A stretch of DNA of 64,000 nt. Origin: Fimbriimonadaceae bacterium (GTDB lineage: Bacteria; Armatimonadota; Fimbriimonadia; Fimbriimonadales; Fimbriimonadaceae). The notes under the pieces are model-generated. The model was not told the DNA's origin. It worked only from the letters and a program-made list of their open reading frames with translations, and ran no database searches. The stretch is from contig CP075366.1 of assembly GCA_019454145.1 (NCBI GenBank), positions 225,564 through 289,563 of the forward strand, written 5' to 3'. Shown piece after piece: positions 1 to 8,681 of this stretch. Numbering within the stretch: the stretch's first letter is position 1; each line of letters starts with the position of its first letter. The position numbers were made by a program, and so were the translations under genes.

Positions 1-1446
1 ACCGCGAACTGGATTCCCGACTTGTTCATGAAGCGCATGGAAGCCCGCGAAAACTGGACTCTGTTCCGCGCCAACGAAGTCAAAGACCTGCACGACCTGT
101 ATGGCAAGGCGTTCGAAGCAAAATACGTCGAATACGAAGCCATGGCTAAGCGGGGCGAAATCTGGGGCCGAGAAGTCGAAGCGCTTGACCTGTGGAAATC
201 CATGCTCAAGATGCTGTTCGAAACCGGGCACCCTTGGATCACGTTCAAAGACCCGTGCAACTTGCGCTCACCGCAAGATCACGTCGGAGTCATTCACAGC
301 AGCAACCTCTGCACCGAAATCACCCTCAACACTAGCGCGGATGAAACCGCCGTCTGCAACCTGGGTTCGATTCTGATTGACAACCACCTCACCCCAACGG
401 GCGAAATTGACCACACCAAACTGCGCGAAACCATCCGTGTCGCCGTGCGCGCGCTGGATAACGTAATTGACATCAACTTCTACCCAACCGAAGCGGCAAA
501 AACCAGTAACACCCGCCACCGACCGGTCGGCTTGGGAGTGATGGGCCTGCACTACGCTCTGTTTAAAAAGGGTCTGGACTTCGCCAGCGAAGACGCGGTG
601 GAGTTCAACGACGAAATGATGGAGGCGATTGCGTTTTACGCCTACGAAGCATCATCCGACCTCGCCGCCGAGCGGGGAAGCTACTCCACGTTCAAAGGTT
701 CCAAGTGGGATCGTGGCCTGATGCCGCAAGATACGCTGGAACTTCTGGAACGCGAACGAGGAGTTCCGGTGGAAGTTCCACGCGGCGGACGCCTTGATTG
801 GGCCGAACTGCGCGAGAAGATCAAGAGCCAAGGCATGCGCAACAGCAACGTGCTGGCCATCGCCCCCACGGCGACCATCGCCAACATCATGGGCACCAGC
901 CCCTGCATCGAGCCTCTGTACAAAAATATGTACGTCAAGAGCAACCTCAGCGGCGACTTTGTGGTGGTCAACCCGTACATGGTGGAAGACCTCAAAGCAC
1001 GTGGCCTGTGGACTCCTGAACTCATTGACCAGGTCAAATACTTCGATGGCGAGCTCAAAGATGTAGATGGCATTCCTGATGATCTCAAAGCCAAATACAC
1101 CACCGCGTTCGGAATTTCGTACGAATACATCATTGATGCGGGCGCGCGCCGCCAAAAGTGGATTGACCAGTCGCAGTCGCTGAACCTGTTCCTTGGTCAA
1201 GCGGATTTGAAGACTCTTTCGCACATGTACCGCCGGGCTTGGCACGTCGGCCTCAAAACCACCTACTACCTCCGCACGCTGGGGGCTTCTAACATCGAAA
1301 AGGCCACCGTCGCGGTCAAGAAGGCAGAGGTTGTTGGTGGGGAAGCGGTTGTTTCCGCCCCCGTGCGTGAGTTCACCGAGGCCGAACGCGCGGCTTGCTC
1401 TATTCAAGCGATGATGAACGGCGAGGAGTGTGAGGCTTGCCAGTAA
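1..1446 (+). CDS. nrdA: Ribonucleoside-diphosphate reductase class I alpha subunit, 5'-truncated by the window edge
   Basis: SNLCTEI catalytic loop (N/C/E), VCNLGS, IAPTAT, TTYYLR tyrosine pair of class I, C-terminal CEAC redox pair; frame is open from base 1. Confidence 0.95.
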   Translation, partial: TANWIPDLFMKRMEARENWTLFRANEVKDLHDLYGKAFEAKYVEYEAMAKRGEIWGREVEALDLWKSMLKMLFETGHPWITFKDPCNLRSPQDHVGVIHSSNLCTEITLNTSADETAVCNLGSILIDNHLTPTGEIDHTKLRETIRVAVRALDNVIDINFYPTEAAKTSNTRHRPVGLGVMGLHYALFKKGLDFASEDAVEFNDEMMEAIAFYAYEASSDLAAERGSYSTFKGSKWDRGLMPQDTLELLERERGVPVEVPRGGRLDWAELREKIKSQGMRNSNVLAIAPTATIANIMGTSPCIEPLYKNMYVKSNLSGDFVVVNPYMVEDLKARGLWTPELIDQVKYFDGELKDVDGIPDDLKAKYTTAFGISYEYIIDAGARRQKWIDQSQSLNLFLGQADLKTLSHMYRRAWHVGLKTTYYLRTLGASNIEKATVAVKKAEVVGGEAVVSAPVREFTEAERAACSIQAMMNGEECEACQ

Positions 1447-2681
1447 AAAAGTTTGATGTCGATCAAGCACGATTTCGTGCAAAACGTATATTCCACTCAG
1501 GAACACCCCTGACCGAAGGTGAGTTTTTCGCAGGGCGGATAGATGAGCTTCAACGCATATTAAAGGCGCATGCGATGAAGGGAGTTCATATAGTTGTGTA
1601 TGGACAACGTGGAGTGGGTAAAACTTCATTGTGCAATATTCTTCATGAAAAGCTTAAAATTCAAGATGTCGCCAAAACAACCGTAGAGTCAGGGGATACA
1701 TTTGGAAGTATTTGGATGCGACTCCTAAGTAAGATAGTATTCCAAAATGTAGAAACAATAGTCGGCTTTAGACATCGAGAGGAAGAAACTCAAAGCCGTA
1801 TTTCAGACTTCATTCCTGATCCAAGCAATGTGAGTGTAACCACAATAGCGGATCTTATTTCGGCTTCTCCAGTTAAGGAATTATTTATCATTGATGAATA
1901 TGATAGATTGCGCGATGAACATAGTCGTCAAAAATTCACAGATCTTATCAAAATCCTAGCAGATAGAGGCAGCACACAAACAATTTGCTTGGTTGGGGTT
2001 GCTGATGACATACAGCAACTAATACAAGATCATCCTTCTATAGAAAGGTCTTTAGTTCAAATAATGGTAGATCCTATGACCAAATTTGAGCTAAAACAAG
2101 TACTTACGCTAAGGTGGGACTATTTAGGAATGACCTATACAAAACCGGTCTTGGAAATTGTCACATCTTTTTGCCAGGGATATCCTCACATAGCGCACGT
2201 AATCGGGCTACATGTAACCTTGCAAGCTTTGTCAAAAGATAATGATCACATCGATATGGATGATGTTTTTCAATCTATGTCGGATGCTGCATTAGCCTTC
2301 CAACAGAGCTTGCATAGTGCTTATGAATGTGCCGTAGCTTCGCCTCAGTTAAACGCAAAATTTGCTAGAACTTTGCTTGTTGCAGCTTTAGTTCATACGG
2401 ACGAACTAGGATACTTTAGGGCAAGTGACTTATTGCAAGTATATAAAATCATTGAAGGAGCAGAGGTTAAGTTGCAATCATTTAACAGGCACCTTGGTGA
2501 GCTATGTAGTGAAAAAAGAAATCAAAGTTTAGTTTCAAAAACAGTTGCTGGCAATACTAGATATGCATTCGCGAATCCGATGCTCAAAGCGTTCGTGATA
2601 GTTAGGGCTTGTGCAAGAGAAGAATTGACGTATAAGCAGTGGGTTGAATGCCAATTACTACCCGATAATAATAACAAGTAA
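1437..2681 (+). CDS. P-loop AAA+ ATPase (Orc1/Cdc6- or STAND-like) with probable C-terminal winged helix
   Basis: N-terminal FxSGTP...FAGR motif, Walker A GQRGVGKT, Walker B FIIDEYD, later GYPHIAH; TTG start 8 nt after GAGGAG (1423-1428); low GC (~38% in sampled lines). Confidence 0.8.
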   Translation: MPVKKFDVDQARFRAKRIFHSGTPLTEGEFFAGRIDELQRILKAHAMKGVHIVVYGQRGVGKTSLCNILHEKLKIQDVAKTTVESGDTFGSIWMRLLSKIVFQNVETIVGFRHREEETQSRISDFIPDPSNVSVTTIADLISASPVKELFIIDEYDRLRDEHSRQKFTDLIKILADRGSTQTICLVGVADDIQQLIQDHPSIERSLVQIMVDPMTKFELKQVLTLRWDYLGMTYTKPVLEIVTSFCQGYPHIAHVIGLHVTLQALSKDNDHIDMDDVFQSMSDAALAFQQSLHSAYECAVASPQLNAKFARTLLVAALVHTDELGYFRASDLLQVYKIIEGAEVKLQSFNRHLGELCSEKRNQSLVSKTVAGNTRYAFANPMLKAFVIVRACAREELTYKQWVECQLLPDNNNK

Positions 2682-2765
2682 GATATGACCAGTGTTTAAA
2701 ATATGGATGCATGCAAATACATCGAGACTATATATTTAGCGGTAAATTGTGAGACCAAAAATGAG

Positions 2766-2790
2766 CAAACCCCGCCGAAAACGGCGAGGT
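2766..2790 (-). terminator. Probable intrinsic terminator downstream of the 2858-3013 ORF
   Basis: On minus strand ACCTCGCCG-TTTT-CGGCGGGGT followed by TTG. Confidence 0.55.
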
Positions 2791-2857
2791 CGCTACTCAA
2801 TTTGTGAAACGAATTGCGATTGCTCGCTCCTCGTTTCGTCGCAACAGTTCAATCCAC

Positions 2858-3013
2858 TCAGCCTGCGTTATTATCGCCGCCTTGCTTCATATGAGAACGA
2901 GTCTCTCTGTCGCGATTTAGTTGGTTCGGACTACAAGAGTCTTTCCCAAACTGTGGATTCTTCATCCCCTGATTGGTGCGAACGGCACGAATGCTATTTG
3001 CGTTTCCTTTCAT
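2858..3013 (-). CDS. Small hydrophilic 51-aa protein (MKGNANSIRAVRTNQGMKNPQFGKDSCSPNQLNRDRETRSHMKQGGDNNAG), not in ORF track
   Basis: Translated by hand; strong AAGGAGG Shine-Dalgarno upstream of ATG and a hairpin terminator downstream. Confidence 0.65.
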   Translation of the reverse strand: MKGNANSIRAVRTNQGMKNPQFGKDSCSPNQLNRDRETRSHMKQGGDNNAG

Positions 3014-3171
3014 GGAAGATTTCCTCCTTGATCTGCCTTCTATTGGTTGGCTTCACACTTGTATTCTACGGCAGATTTAACGAGTTGTGTCTAAAGATTC
3101 TATTGAGATTTCCACACAGTGTGAATATCTCTGGAGTCTCCATGCGAGGCTGGTGTTTATCTCCCTCCCCA

Positions 3172-3644
3172 ATACTGGGGAGGGGTTTCCGGATTCTCTC
3201 CCCAAAGCTTGGGGAGAGATGTAAGAGAGGGGTTGGCAGCATCTGATTAAACCTTCAACCCCTCCCGATCGCTTCGCGACCACCCTCCCCGATCTTCGGG
3301 GCGGGAATTGGAGCATGGCTTCGCGTGGGGGCTTCCGGATTCTCTCCCCAAAGTTTGGGGAGAGATTAAGAGAGGGGTTGGTAGCATCTGCTTAAGCCTT
3401 CAACCCCTCCCGTCTGCTGTCGCATCCACCCTCCCCGATCTTCAGGGCGGGAATCGGAGCATGGATTCGCGCGGGGGCTTCCGGATTCTCTCCCCAAAGT
3501 TTGGGGAGAGATTAAGAGAGGGGTTGGTATTCCCGTGTCTATTCAACCCCTCCCGTCTGCTGGCGCATCCACCCTCCCCGATCTTCGGGGCGGGAATAAA
3601 GGGAAACAACCCCACCCAACCCTCCCCAAGCTTGGGGAGGGAAA
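3172..3644. repeat. REP-like palindrome cluster (family A): three ~146-bp tandem units with flanking single hairpins
   Basis: Units start TTCCGGATTCTCTCCCCAAAG at 3187, 3333 and 3479; each has TCTCTCCCCAA-n3-TTGGGGAGAGA and CCCTCCCCGATCTTCGGGGCGGG hairpins. Confidence 0.9.
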
Positions 3645-3697
3645 CTTACTTTGCCTGCTTCCGAGAATGCAGGAGGAGGTTTTGTCAACTCTTGTTA

Positions 3698-3722
3698 GGG
3701 TGGCACTGGTTTCTAACCAGTG
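3698..3722. repeat. REP-like palindrome family B copy
   Basis: GGGTGGCACTGGTTTCTAACCAGTG, matching the GGGTGGCACGGGTT..AACCCGTG copies at ~37494 and ~37596. Confidence 0.65.
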
Positions 3723-3889
3723 TAAAGCGCGGCTTTTGCTCCCCGATCCTTGAGGCAGGAATCAAACAATAGAAACCCCCTGACCTGCTATTAGGAGGAG
3801 GCTCAGGGGGGCTGAGGACACTAAAATGAACTTGCCCCGAGGCTAGGGAAGGATTCCTAAACACGGGGCAGAGGGTTCACAACCAATCG

Positions 3890-4045
3890 TTATTGATTTG
3901 GATTACGTGGTTGGCGGGCATCTTCATCCCGCTTTTTGGGTTCGTTATTTTCAGTGCGTTGAGGAGTTTTTGGTTGATTTCCTTGTCCCGCTCGACCCGT
4001 TTTATCGTGACCCATCCGATTGTTTTGTTTGTTTTTTTCTGGCAT
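3890..4045 (-). CDS. Small hydrophilic, probably disordered 51-aa protein (MPEKNKQNNRMGHDK...)
   Basis: AGAGGT RBS 7 nt before ATG at 4045; N/Q/K/R/G/P-rich; hairpin at ~3834-3870 downstream. Confidence 0.65.
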   Translation of the reverse strand: MPEKNKQNNRMGHDKTGRAGQGNQPKTPQRTENNEPKKRDEDARQPRNPNQ

Positions 4046-4224
4046 TTTGTTTACCTCTGGGCTTGGACAGCCCACTTATTTCCACGGTATTTGTACGGTG
4101 ACCGTGCGGTTAGTTGCATAAGGAAATAATTAAGAAATTTTGGCTTTCTTCACCGCGAAACACAAAAAAGCGGCTCGTCCTTCGGGCGGGAAGGACTCAC
4201 CGCATTTTTGCGCACGGTTTGAGT

Positions 4225-4698
4225 CTATTCAGACTCGTTGACTGTGCCTTGTGGAGTGGGATTTTTAGGGTTTTGACCGTCGCCCATCCGGAGCGGGTTT
4301 TGTTCACCTTCGCCTGGTCGGTGCGGTCGGTCGGGTTGGAATTCGCCGTATTCTGGGGGATCGTTGTTCCACGGGCCTTCTTCAGAAGTGGGCGGTTCTT
4401 CGTTCCCCGGCATGTTCCCGGTTGAATCAGGATTCCGCTTTTCGTCGGGGTCTTCGGCTTCGTTGCCGGGCATATTGCCTTCATTGCGCGCTCGGCGGTT
4501 GATCTCGTTATCCTGCGGGTAAAGCCGTGGGTCAAGGTCGTCGCCTTGGTATTCCGGATCCGCTTCGTTTCGCGCTCTGCGATTGATTTCGTTATCAGGA
4601 TCTAAACTGGTATGAACAGGCCCGCCCGCTTGTTGGTAACCGCTTTGTTCGCCCTGTTCTGTGTAAACGGTGCTTTGATTTTGTTCGCGTTGTGCCAT
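4225..4698 (-). CDS. Acidic low-complexity protein with internal repeats (157 aa)
   Basis: AAGGAAAG before ATG at 4698 (MAQREQNQ); DNEINRRARNE x2 and GNMPGNE x2; hairpin at ~4165-4207 downstream. Confidence 0.7.
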   Translation of the reverse strand: MAQREQNQSTVYTEQGEQSGYQQAGGPVHTSLDPDNEINRRARNEADPEYQGDDLDPRLYPQDNEINRRARNEGNMPGNEAEDPDEKRNPDSTGNMPGNEEPPTSEEGPWNNDPPEYGEFQPDRPHRPGEGEQNPLRMGDGQNPKNPTPQGTVNESE

Positions 4699-4869
4699 AT
4701 CTTTCCTTGGTTTGACAGGGCGGATGTGGAAAGTTGGTGAACTCATCCGCCGCGTCTGTGTTTAGTTCTACGCGTTTGCGGGTGGGGGAAGGCGTTGGAA
4801 TCCGGCGGTAAGGCGTAAGGATTTCGTAAAGTTAAAAAACGCACCCCCTAAAATAGTTGGGAGCGGGGA

Positions 4870-5067
4870 TTACCCCGCTCCTACGAGCTCGCAGTCTAGA
4901 ACTGGCTGTTGATTATGATTGCGTTGATGTTTCTTGCAGTATTCAACCAGCTTTTTAACCGCTTTTTCGGAATCTGGATCAAGTGCCATCTCGCTGGTCA
5001 TTGCCAGGGTGAGAAGAGCAAATGCTTCGTCCTCCGAGAGCTCCAACTTATCATGGACTGAACCCAT
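4870..5067 (-). CDS. Hypothetical 65-aa protein
   Basis: Fills the intergenic space with plausible amphipathic helical composition (LELSEDEAFALLTLAMTS). Confidence 0.55.
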   Translation of the reverse strand: MGSVHDKLELSEDEAFALLTLAMTSEMALDPDSEKAVKKLVEYCKKHQRNHNQQPVLDCELVGAG

Positions 5068-5239
5068 TTGTTGTTGTGCTCCTTGGATTGCCCTTTTTGG
5101 GGGCTTCCTAGCCTATTATGACGTGTTGAGAGGAGGGAAGTTCCCAAGTGTGGGGCAAATCTTAATAAAAGCCAGTAGCGCAAGTTGCACCCAGCAGAGA
5201 GCCGGGAGGTGAAAGTGCCGATAGGTACACTGTAAACAC

Positions 5240-6499
5240 ATGTCGAAGGAACCGCAGGCCGAGTATTTGCAGTTTGGAGGGATGGCGGTGCCAGAGGGCG
5301 TGATGATGCGTTCGCCGAACTATTACGCAGTGGCGTGCCGCGCGCCGAACAACGAAATCATCGTTAAAACCGAACCCCTCACCAAAACTTGGATCGGCAA
5401 ACTCGACTTTTTAAAAAAGCCTTTTCTTCGCGGAACGTTGGCACTCCTTGATACCATGGCTCTCGGCATGCGGGCGATGAACTTTGCGAGTTCCGTTCAG
5501 TTGGATGAGCGATACGTTGCAGAAGAAGATCGTGAGCGAGTCGCGGCCGAAAACGAGGAGATGGCGAAGGCAACTCCTAAGGAGTTCCGTAACCTTGCCC
5601 TCACAACCCTCGTGCTTGGCGTAATTGCCGCTCTTCTGTTTGGCAAGTGGAGCCCAATTCTACAAGGGGCGAAATTCGATCCCAACACCATGTTGGCTCC
5701 GATGGTCGCGGCAGTAGCGGCGGTGCTCTGTTTATTGTTTACTGTGTTCTGGAAGCCGATCAAATACGCGCTTAGCACAAACGAAAAACTTGCGATTGGC
5801 GTGGCAATAGTTTTCAGCTTGGGATTCGGGTTCTTTTTATTCAAAGCCGTGCCCGAGGGTACAGCAGAATGGGTGACCGGCTACAAACCGAGCGAACTGG
5901 CCAAAGCGACTTACATGCAAGGGGTTTTCACTAACTTTGTGGCAGAAACCCTCAAGGTGATCATGTTTATTGGTTACCTGGCTCTTATCCGGCGGTTACC
6001 CGCAATTTTGGATACGTTCCGGTATCACGGAGCCGAACACAAGGCGATCAATACCATTGAAGCAGAGCAAGAACTAAACTCAGCCAACTGCATGGCTCAA
6101 ACCCGCCTGCACCCGCGCTGCGGAACCAACTTTGCGATCATCGTTGTGATCATCGGCTTTTTGATGTCGGTTTGGATTCCGCGCTATCCAACATTTGGCA
6201 CCTACCAAATCACGGGCGGGGCGGCGGTGTTGTTCCGCCTGACTCTTGAACTCCTGATCATCATGCCGATCATTGCGGGAATCAGCTACGAGGTGATTCG
6301 AGCGGCAGGCAAGATGAAGGATGCTCGGTGGGTGAACATTCTGCTCAAGCCAGGCCTGGCGACTCAGCTCATTACCACCGAAGAACCGGAAGAAAAGCAC
6401 ATTGAAGTCGCGATTCGGAGCTTGAATGCAGTTTTGGAAGCGGAGAACTCAGGGGTTTGCGAAAATACTGAGGTTCCTGCGATTGAGGCAAGCGCGTAG
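5240..6499 (+). CDS. DUF1385 (YqhQ-like) membrane protein
   Basis: GGMAVPEGVMMRSP, FRYHGAEHKAIN, RLHPRCGTNF, TTEEP family motifs. Confidence 0.9.
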   Translation: MSKEPQAEYLQFGGMAVPEGVMMRSPNYYAVACRAPNNEIIVKTEPLTKTWIGKLDFLKKPFLRGTLALLDTMALGMRAMNFASSVQLDERYVAEEDRERVAAENEEMAKATPKEFRNLALTTLVLGVIAALLFGKWSPILQGAKFDPNTMLAPMVAAVAAVLCLLFTVFWKPIKYALSTNEKLAIGVAIVFSLGFGFFLFKAVPEGTAEWVTGYKPSELAKATYMQGVFTNFVAETLKVIMFIGYLALIRRLPAILDTFRYHGAEHKAINTIEAEQELNSANCMAQTRLHPRCGTNFAIIVVIIGFLMSVWIPRYPTFGTYQITGGAAVLFRLTLELLIIMPIIAGISYEVIRAAGKMKDARWVNILLKPGLATQLITTEEPEEKHIEVAIRSLNAVLEAENSGVCENTEVPAIEASA

Positions 6500-6523
6500 G
6501 CGAAATGAGTTTGCATTTCTAAA

Positions 6524-7669
6524 CTATAAGGATTTGTTACGTATCCATAATGCAATATCTCGGGCAACTTCCACACTATTATATAGACGACTGTGTTGCA
6601 ATCCTTTACCCCTGATAGTATATCCGTACCAGCGATGCACGCCATTCGGCGTTCGAGCAACATAAATATTCTTTTTAAACCATAAATTAATACTCTGATA
6701 TCCATATCCTAAAAAATGACCTCTTAAAAGAAGATTCATTACAGTGCCACCTGTAACAATGATGGCATTAACCACTCCAAAAATAAAGATGAATATTCCT
6801 GCAGCCGATAGAACGTTTAGGGTGATACTTTTTGAAAATTCTGGTAAGTTTTCCGAATAAAAGCTTTGTGAAAAATAAAGGGATAGAAAGAAAGCTATCG
6901 CTGCAGTAACAAAAGCCCCTTTTTTATTTAGAAGCAACCCTATAACTGCAGGAGCAAAATCGAGTAAAGCAAGCCAAACTGCAACCTCATCAGTAGCAGA
7001 ACCTGCAATGTATAATCTATCGTCATCAATCGGCTGTACATTGAGCTCGCTAAAAGAGTTTACAGATTGGGTCACCAAAGATTTTATGCATATAAAGGAA
7101 ATGGCTGGAAATAGGGTTAATGTCCCACAAGCAAAAAGTGCCTGAATTTCAGGGTTGCTTTTAAACATTATCATTAGAATCATAAACTCCATTAGTAAAA
7201 AATATGCTATTCCAATGAACAGTAAAACTCTTAAAAAAGTGCTACTGGTGTATTTGGAAAAATCGGAAAGATTTCTATCATCTGATATTATAAAAGGTGT
7301 AGAAAGGCAAATTATGCTGCTAATTTTATCAGCAGATTTTAAGATATTATCAGCATATAAGGCAACGTTTCCACCGTGACTATGGCAGATTAAAAAAACT
7401 TTGGCACCGGGGTTAAGTTGGTTGGTTTGCGAAATTAGTGTGGCAAGGCGTTCGGCAGCAGATAGTCTATCTCCATGTGAGTTATTAAACTTTCTAAAAT
7501 ATTTACCCGGCCAGTTAAATGGGATGAACTGAATTTTCACTTCTTTACTTAGGTGTTCAGTTAGTGTAGTGCAAATTGTAGAGGTTGGCTTGCACCAAGC
7601 GGCATCTGGCGCAAATGTCCCGTGCACTAAGATAAAAATGTACTCCAGTTTTAATACTTCGGAGGTCAC
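6524..7669 (-). CDS. Alpha/beta hydrolase (lipase-like) with C-terminal transmembrane helices
   Basis: LVHGTF oxyanion motif, CHSHGG nucleophile elbow, LSTPF; several hydrophobic segments; very low GC. Confidence 0.75.
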   Translation of the reverse strand: MTSEVLKLEYIFILVHGTFAPDAAWCKPTSTICTTLTEHLSKEVKIQFIPFNWPGKYFRKFNNSHGDRLSAAERLATLISQTNQLNPGAKVFLICHSHGGNVALYADNILKSADKISSIICLSTPFIISDDRNLSDFSKYTSSTFLRVLLFIGIAYFLLMEFMILMIMFKSNPEIQALFACGTLTLFPAISFICIKSLVTQSVNSFSELNVQPIDDDRLYIAGSATDEVAVWLALLDFAPAVIGLLLNKKGAFVTAAIAFFLSLYFSQSFYSENLPEFSKSITLNVLSAAGIFIFIFGVVNAIIVTGGTVMNLLLRGHFLGYGYQSINLWFKKNIYVARTPNGVHRWYGYTIRGKGLQHSRLYNSVEVARDIALWIRNKSL

Positions 7670-7733
7670 ACCTGGAGTATACCAAGTGGTTTGAATACTA
7701 ATTATTGTTTGCTTCAGCTACACATGCGGACTG

Positions 7734-8546
7734 CTAAAAGTGCCCTTCTGGAACTTCCAATAGTGGCCATTCGCTGAGATCGTTGCCATAGAGCGCGCGG
7801 TAAGCATCGGGAAGGAACTTGGTAAATAGCTCGCCGTATTCGTAGGTGACGGCTTCTTGCCAAGTCGTATTTTTCCAATTGACTGGCCCTGTATTGTATT
7901 CGTGGGCAACAACGCGTAGCTTGTGAGTGCTCCATACAAAACCTGGATTGCGGCAGTCGCTTCGGTTCGGCTGGTTGAGAACGGCGGCGATATGGTTAGC
8001 ACCGTCCAGAATCTGTAAATCTTCGTTGGCTTGGTATTCCCGAGCGAACATCATGCGTTGCCAATGGTCGTCGAGGCCAAGTTCTTCAGGATTTTGCTGA
8101 ACCTGCATCACACCCATACTGGTGCGCTTGCCGAATCCGACAAATAAGTCGCGAGAAGCAGAATCGTTCCACCGCCATGCGGCGGGGATGCCTTGAGCTG
8201 TCTCAACATAGATAATGGTTGCGATCATCCAATCGGGAACATCGTAGGCTTTGGAAGCCAGACGGATGGCTTCGATATTCCGCTGAACAATCTCTTTGGA
8301 TTCAGATTTGTTAAATTCAAGCGACCGGAGGAAATCGTTGACGATATTGCGTCGTTCAGTTTCAGTTTGAACCGGGATAGACGTCACTAGCTCGTCGGTT
8401 TCCTCAAGATGATCAGCAGAAGCTTGAAGGTTGACCGAAGGTGTCCATAGAATTAGCTGAGAGAGTACAAACCAGCGGAATAAAGCGCGGCTCGTCCGCT
8501 TCTCAGAATATTGAGAGCTTGGTTTGTGGAGATGGGTCAGCTTCAT
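7734..8546 (-). CDS. Lytic transglycosylase / lysozyme-like (SLT-fold) protein with N-terminal hydrophobic segment
   Basis: YDVPDWMIATIIYVET (catalytic Glu), MGVMQV (GLMQ-like) and HEYNTGP (AYNAGP-like) in SLT order. Confidence 0.65.
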   Translation of the reverse strand: MKLTHLHKPSSQYSEKRTSRALFRWFVLSQLILWTPSVNLQASADHLEETDELVTSIPVQTETERRNIVNDFLRSLEFNKSESKEIVQRNIEAIRLASKAYDVPDWMIATIIYVETAQGIPAAWRWNDSASRDLFVGFGKRTSMGVMQVQQNPEELGLDDHWQRMMFAREYQANEDLQILDGANHIAAVLNQPNRSDCRNPGFVWSTHKLRVVAHEYNTGPVNWKNTTWQEAVTYEYGELFTKFLPDAYRALYGNDLSEWPLLEVPEGHF

Positions 8547-8681
8547 CGCTATCCGCTTCCTCCATTTGTTGAGCCTGTGATTGCATAGGTTCCCTCAGTT
8601 GTATCGGTAACTATTTGCACGTAGGATACGACATACAGACGAAATTGGGTAGTCAAAGGTTGTCATTTGAGTGTGTTGGGC

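Noticed and set aside
1-1446. nrdA looks slightly more GC-rich than other housekeeping genes (possible transfer or chimeric contig)
   Set aside because: Difference is only a few percent by eye and cannot be judged without a computed codon analysis
652-1629. 325-aa minus-strand ORF
   Set aside because: Antisense shadow of nrdA
3172-3644. Possible CRISPR array
   Set aside because: Units are ~146 bp and nearly identical throughout, with no unique spacers and no cas genes
2749-3772. ORFs 2749-3246, 3308-3772 and 3535-3753
   Set aside because: They read through REP palindromes whose period is not a multiple of 3; no RBS or domain signal; 2749-3246 is antisense to a better-supported small gene
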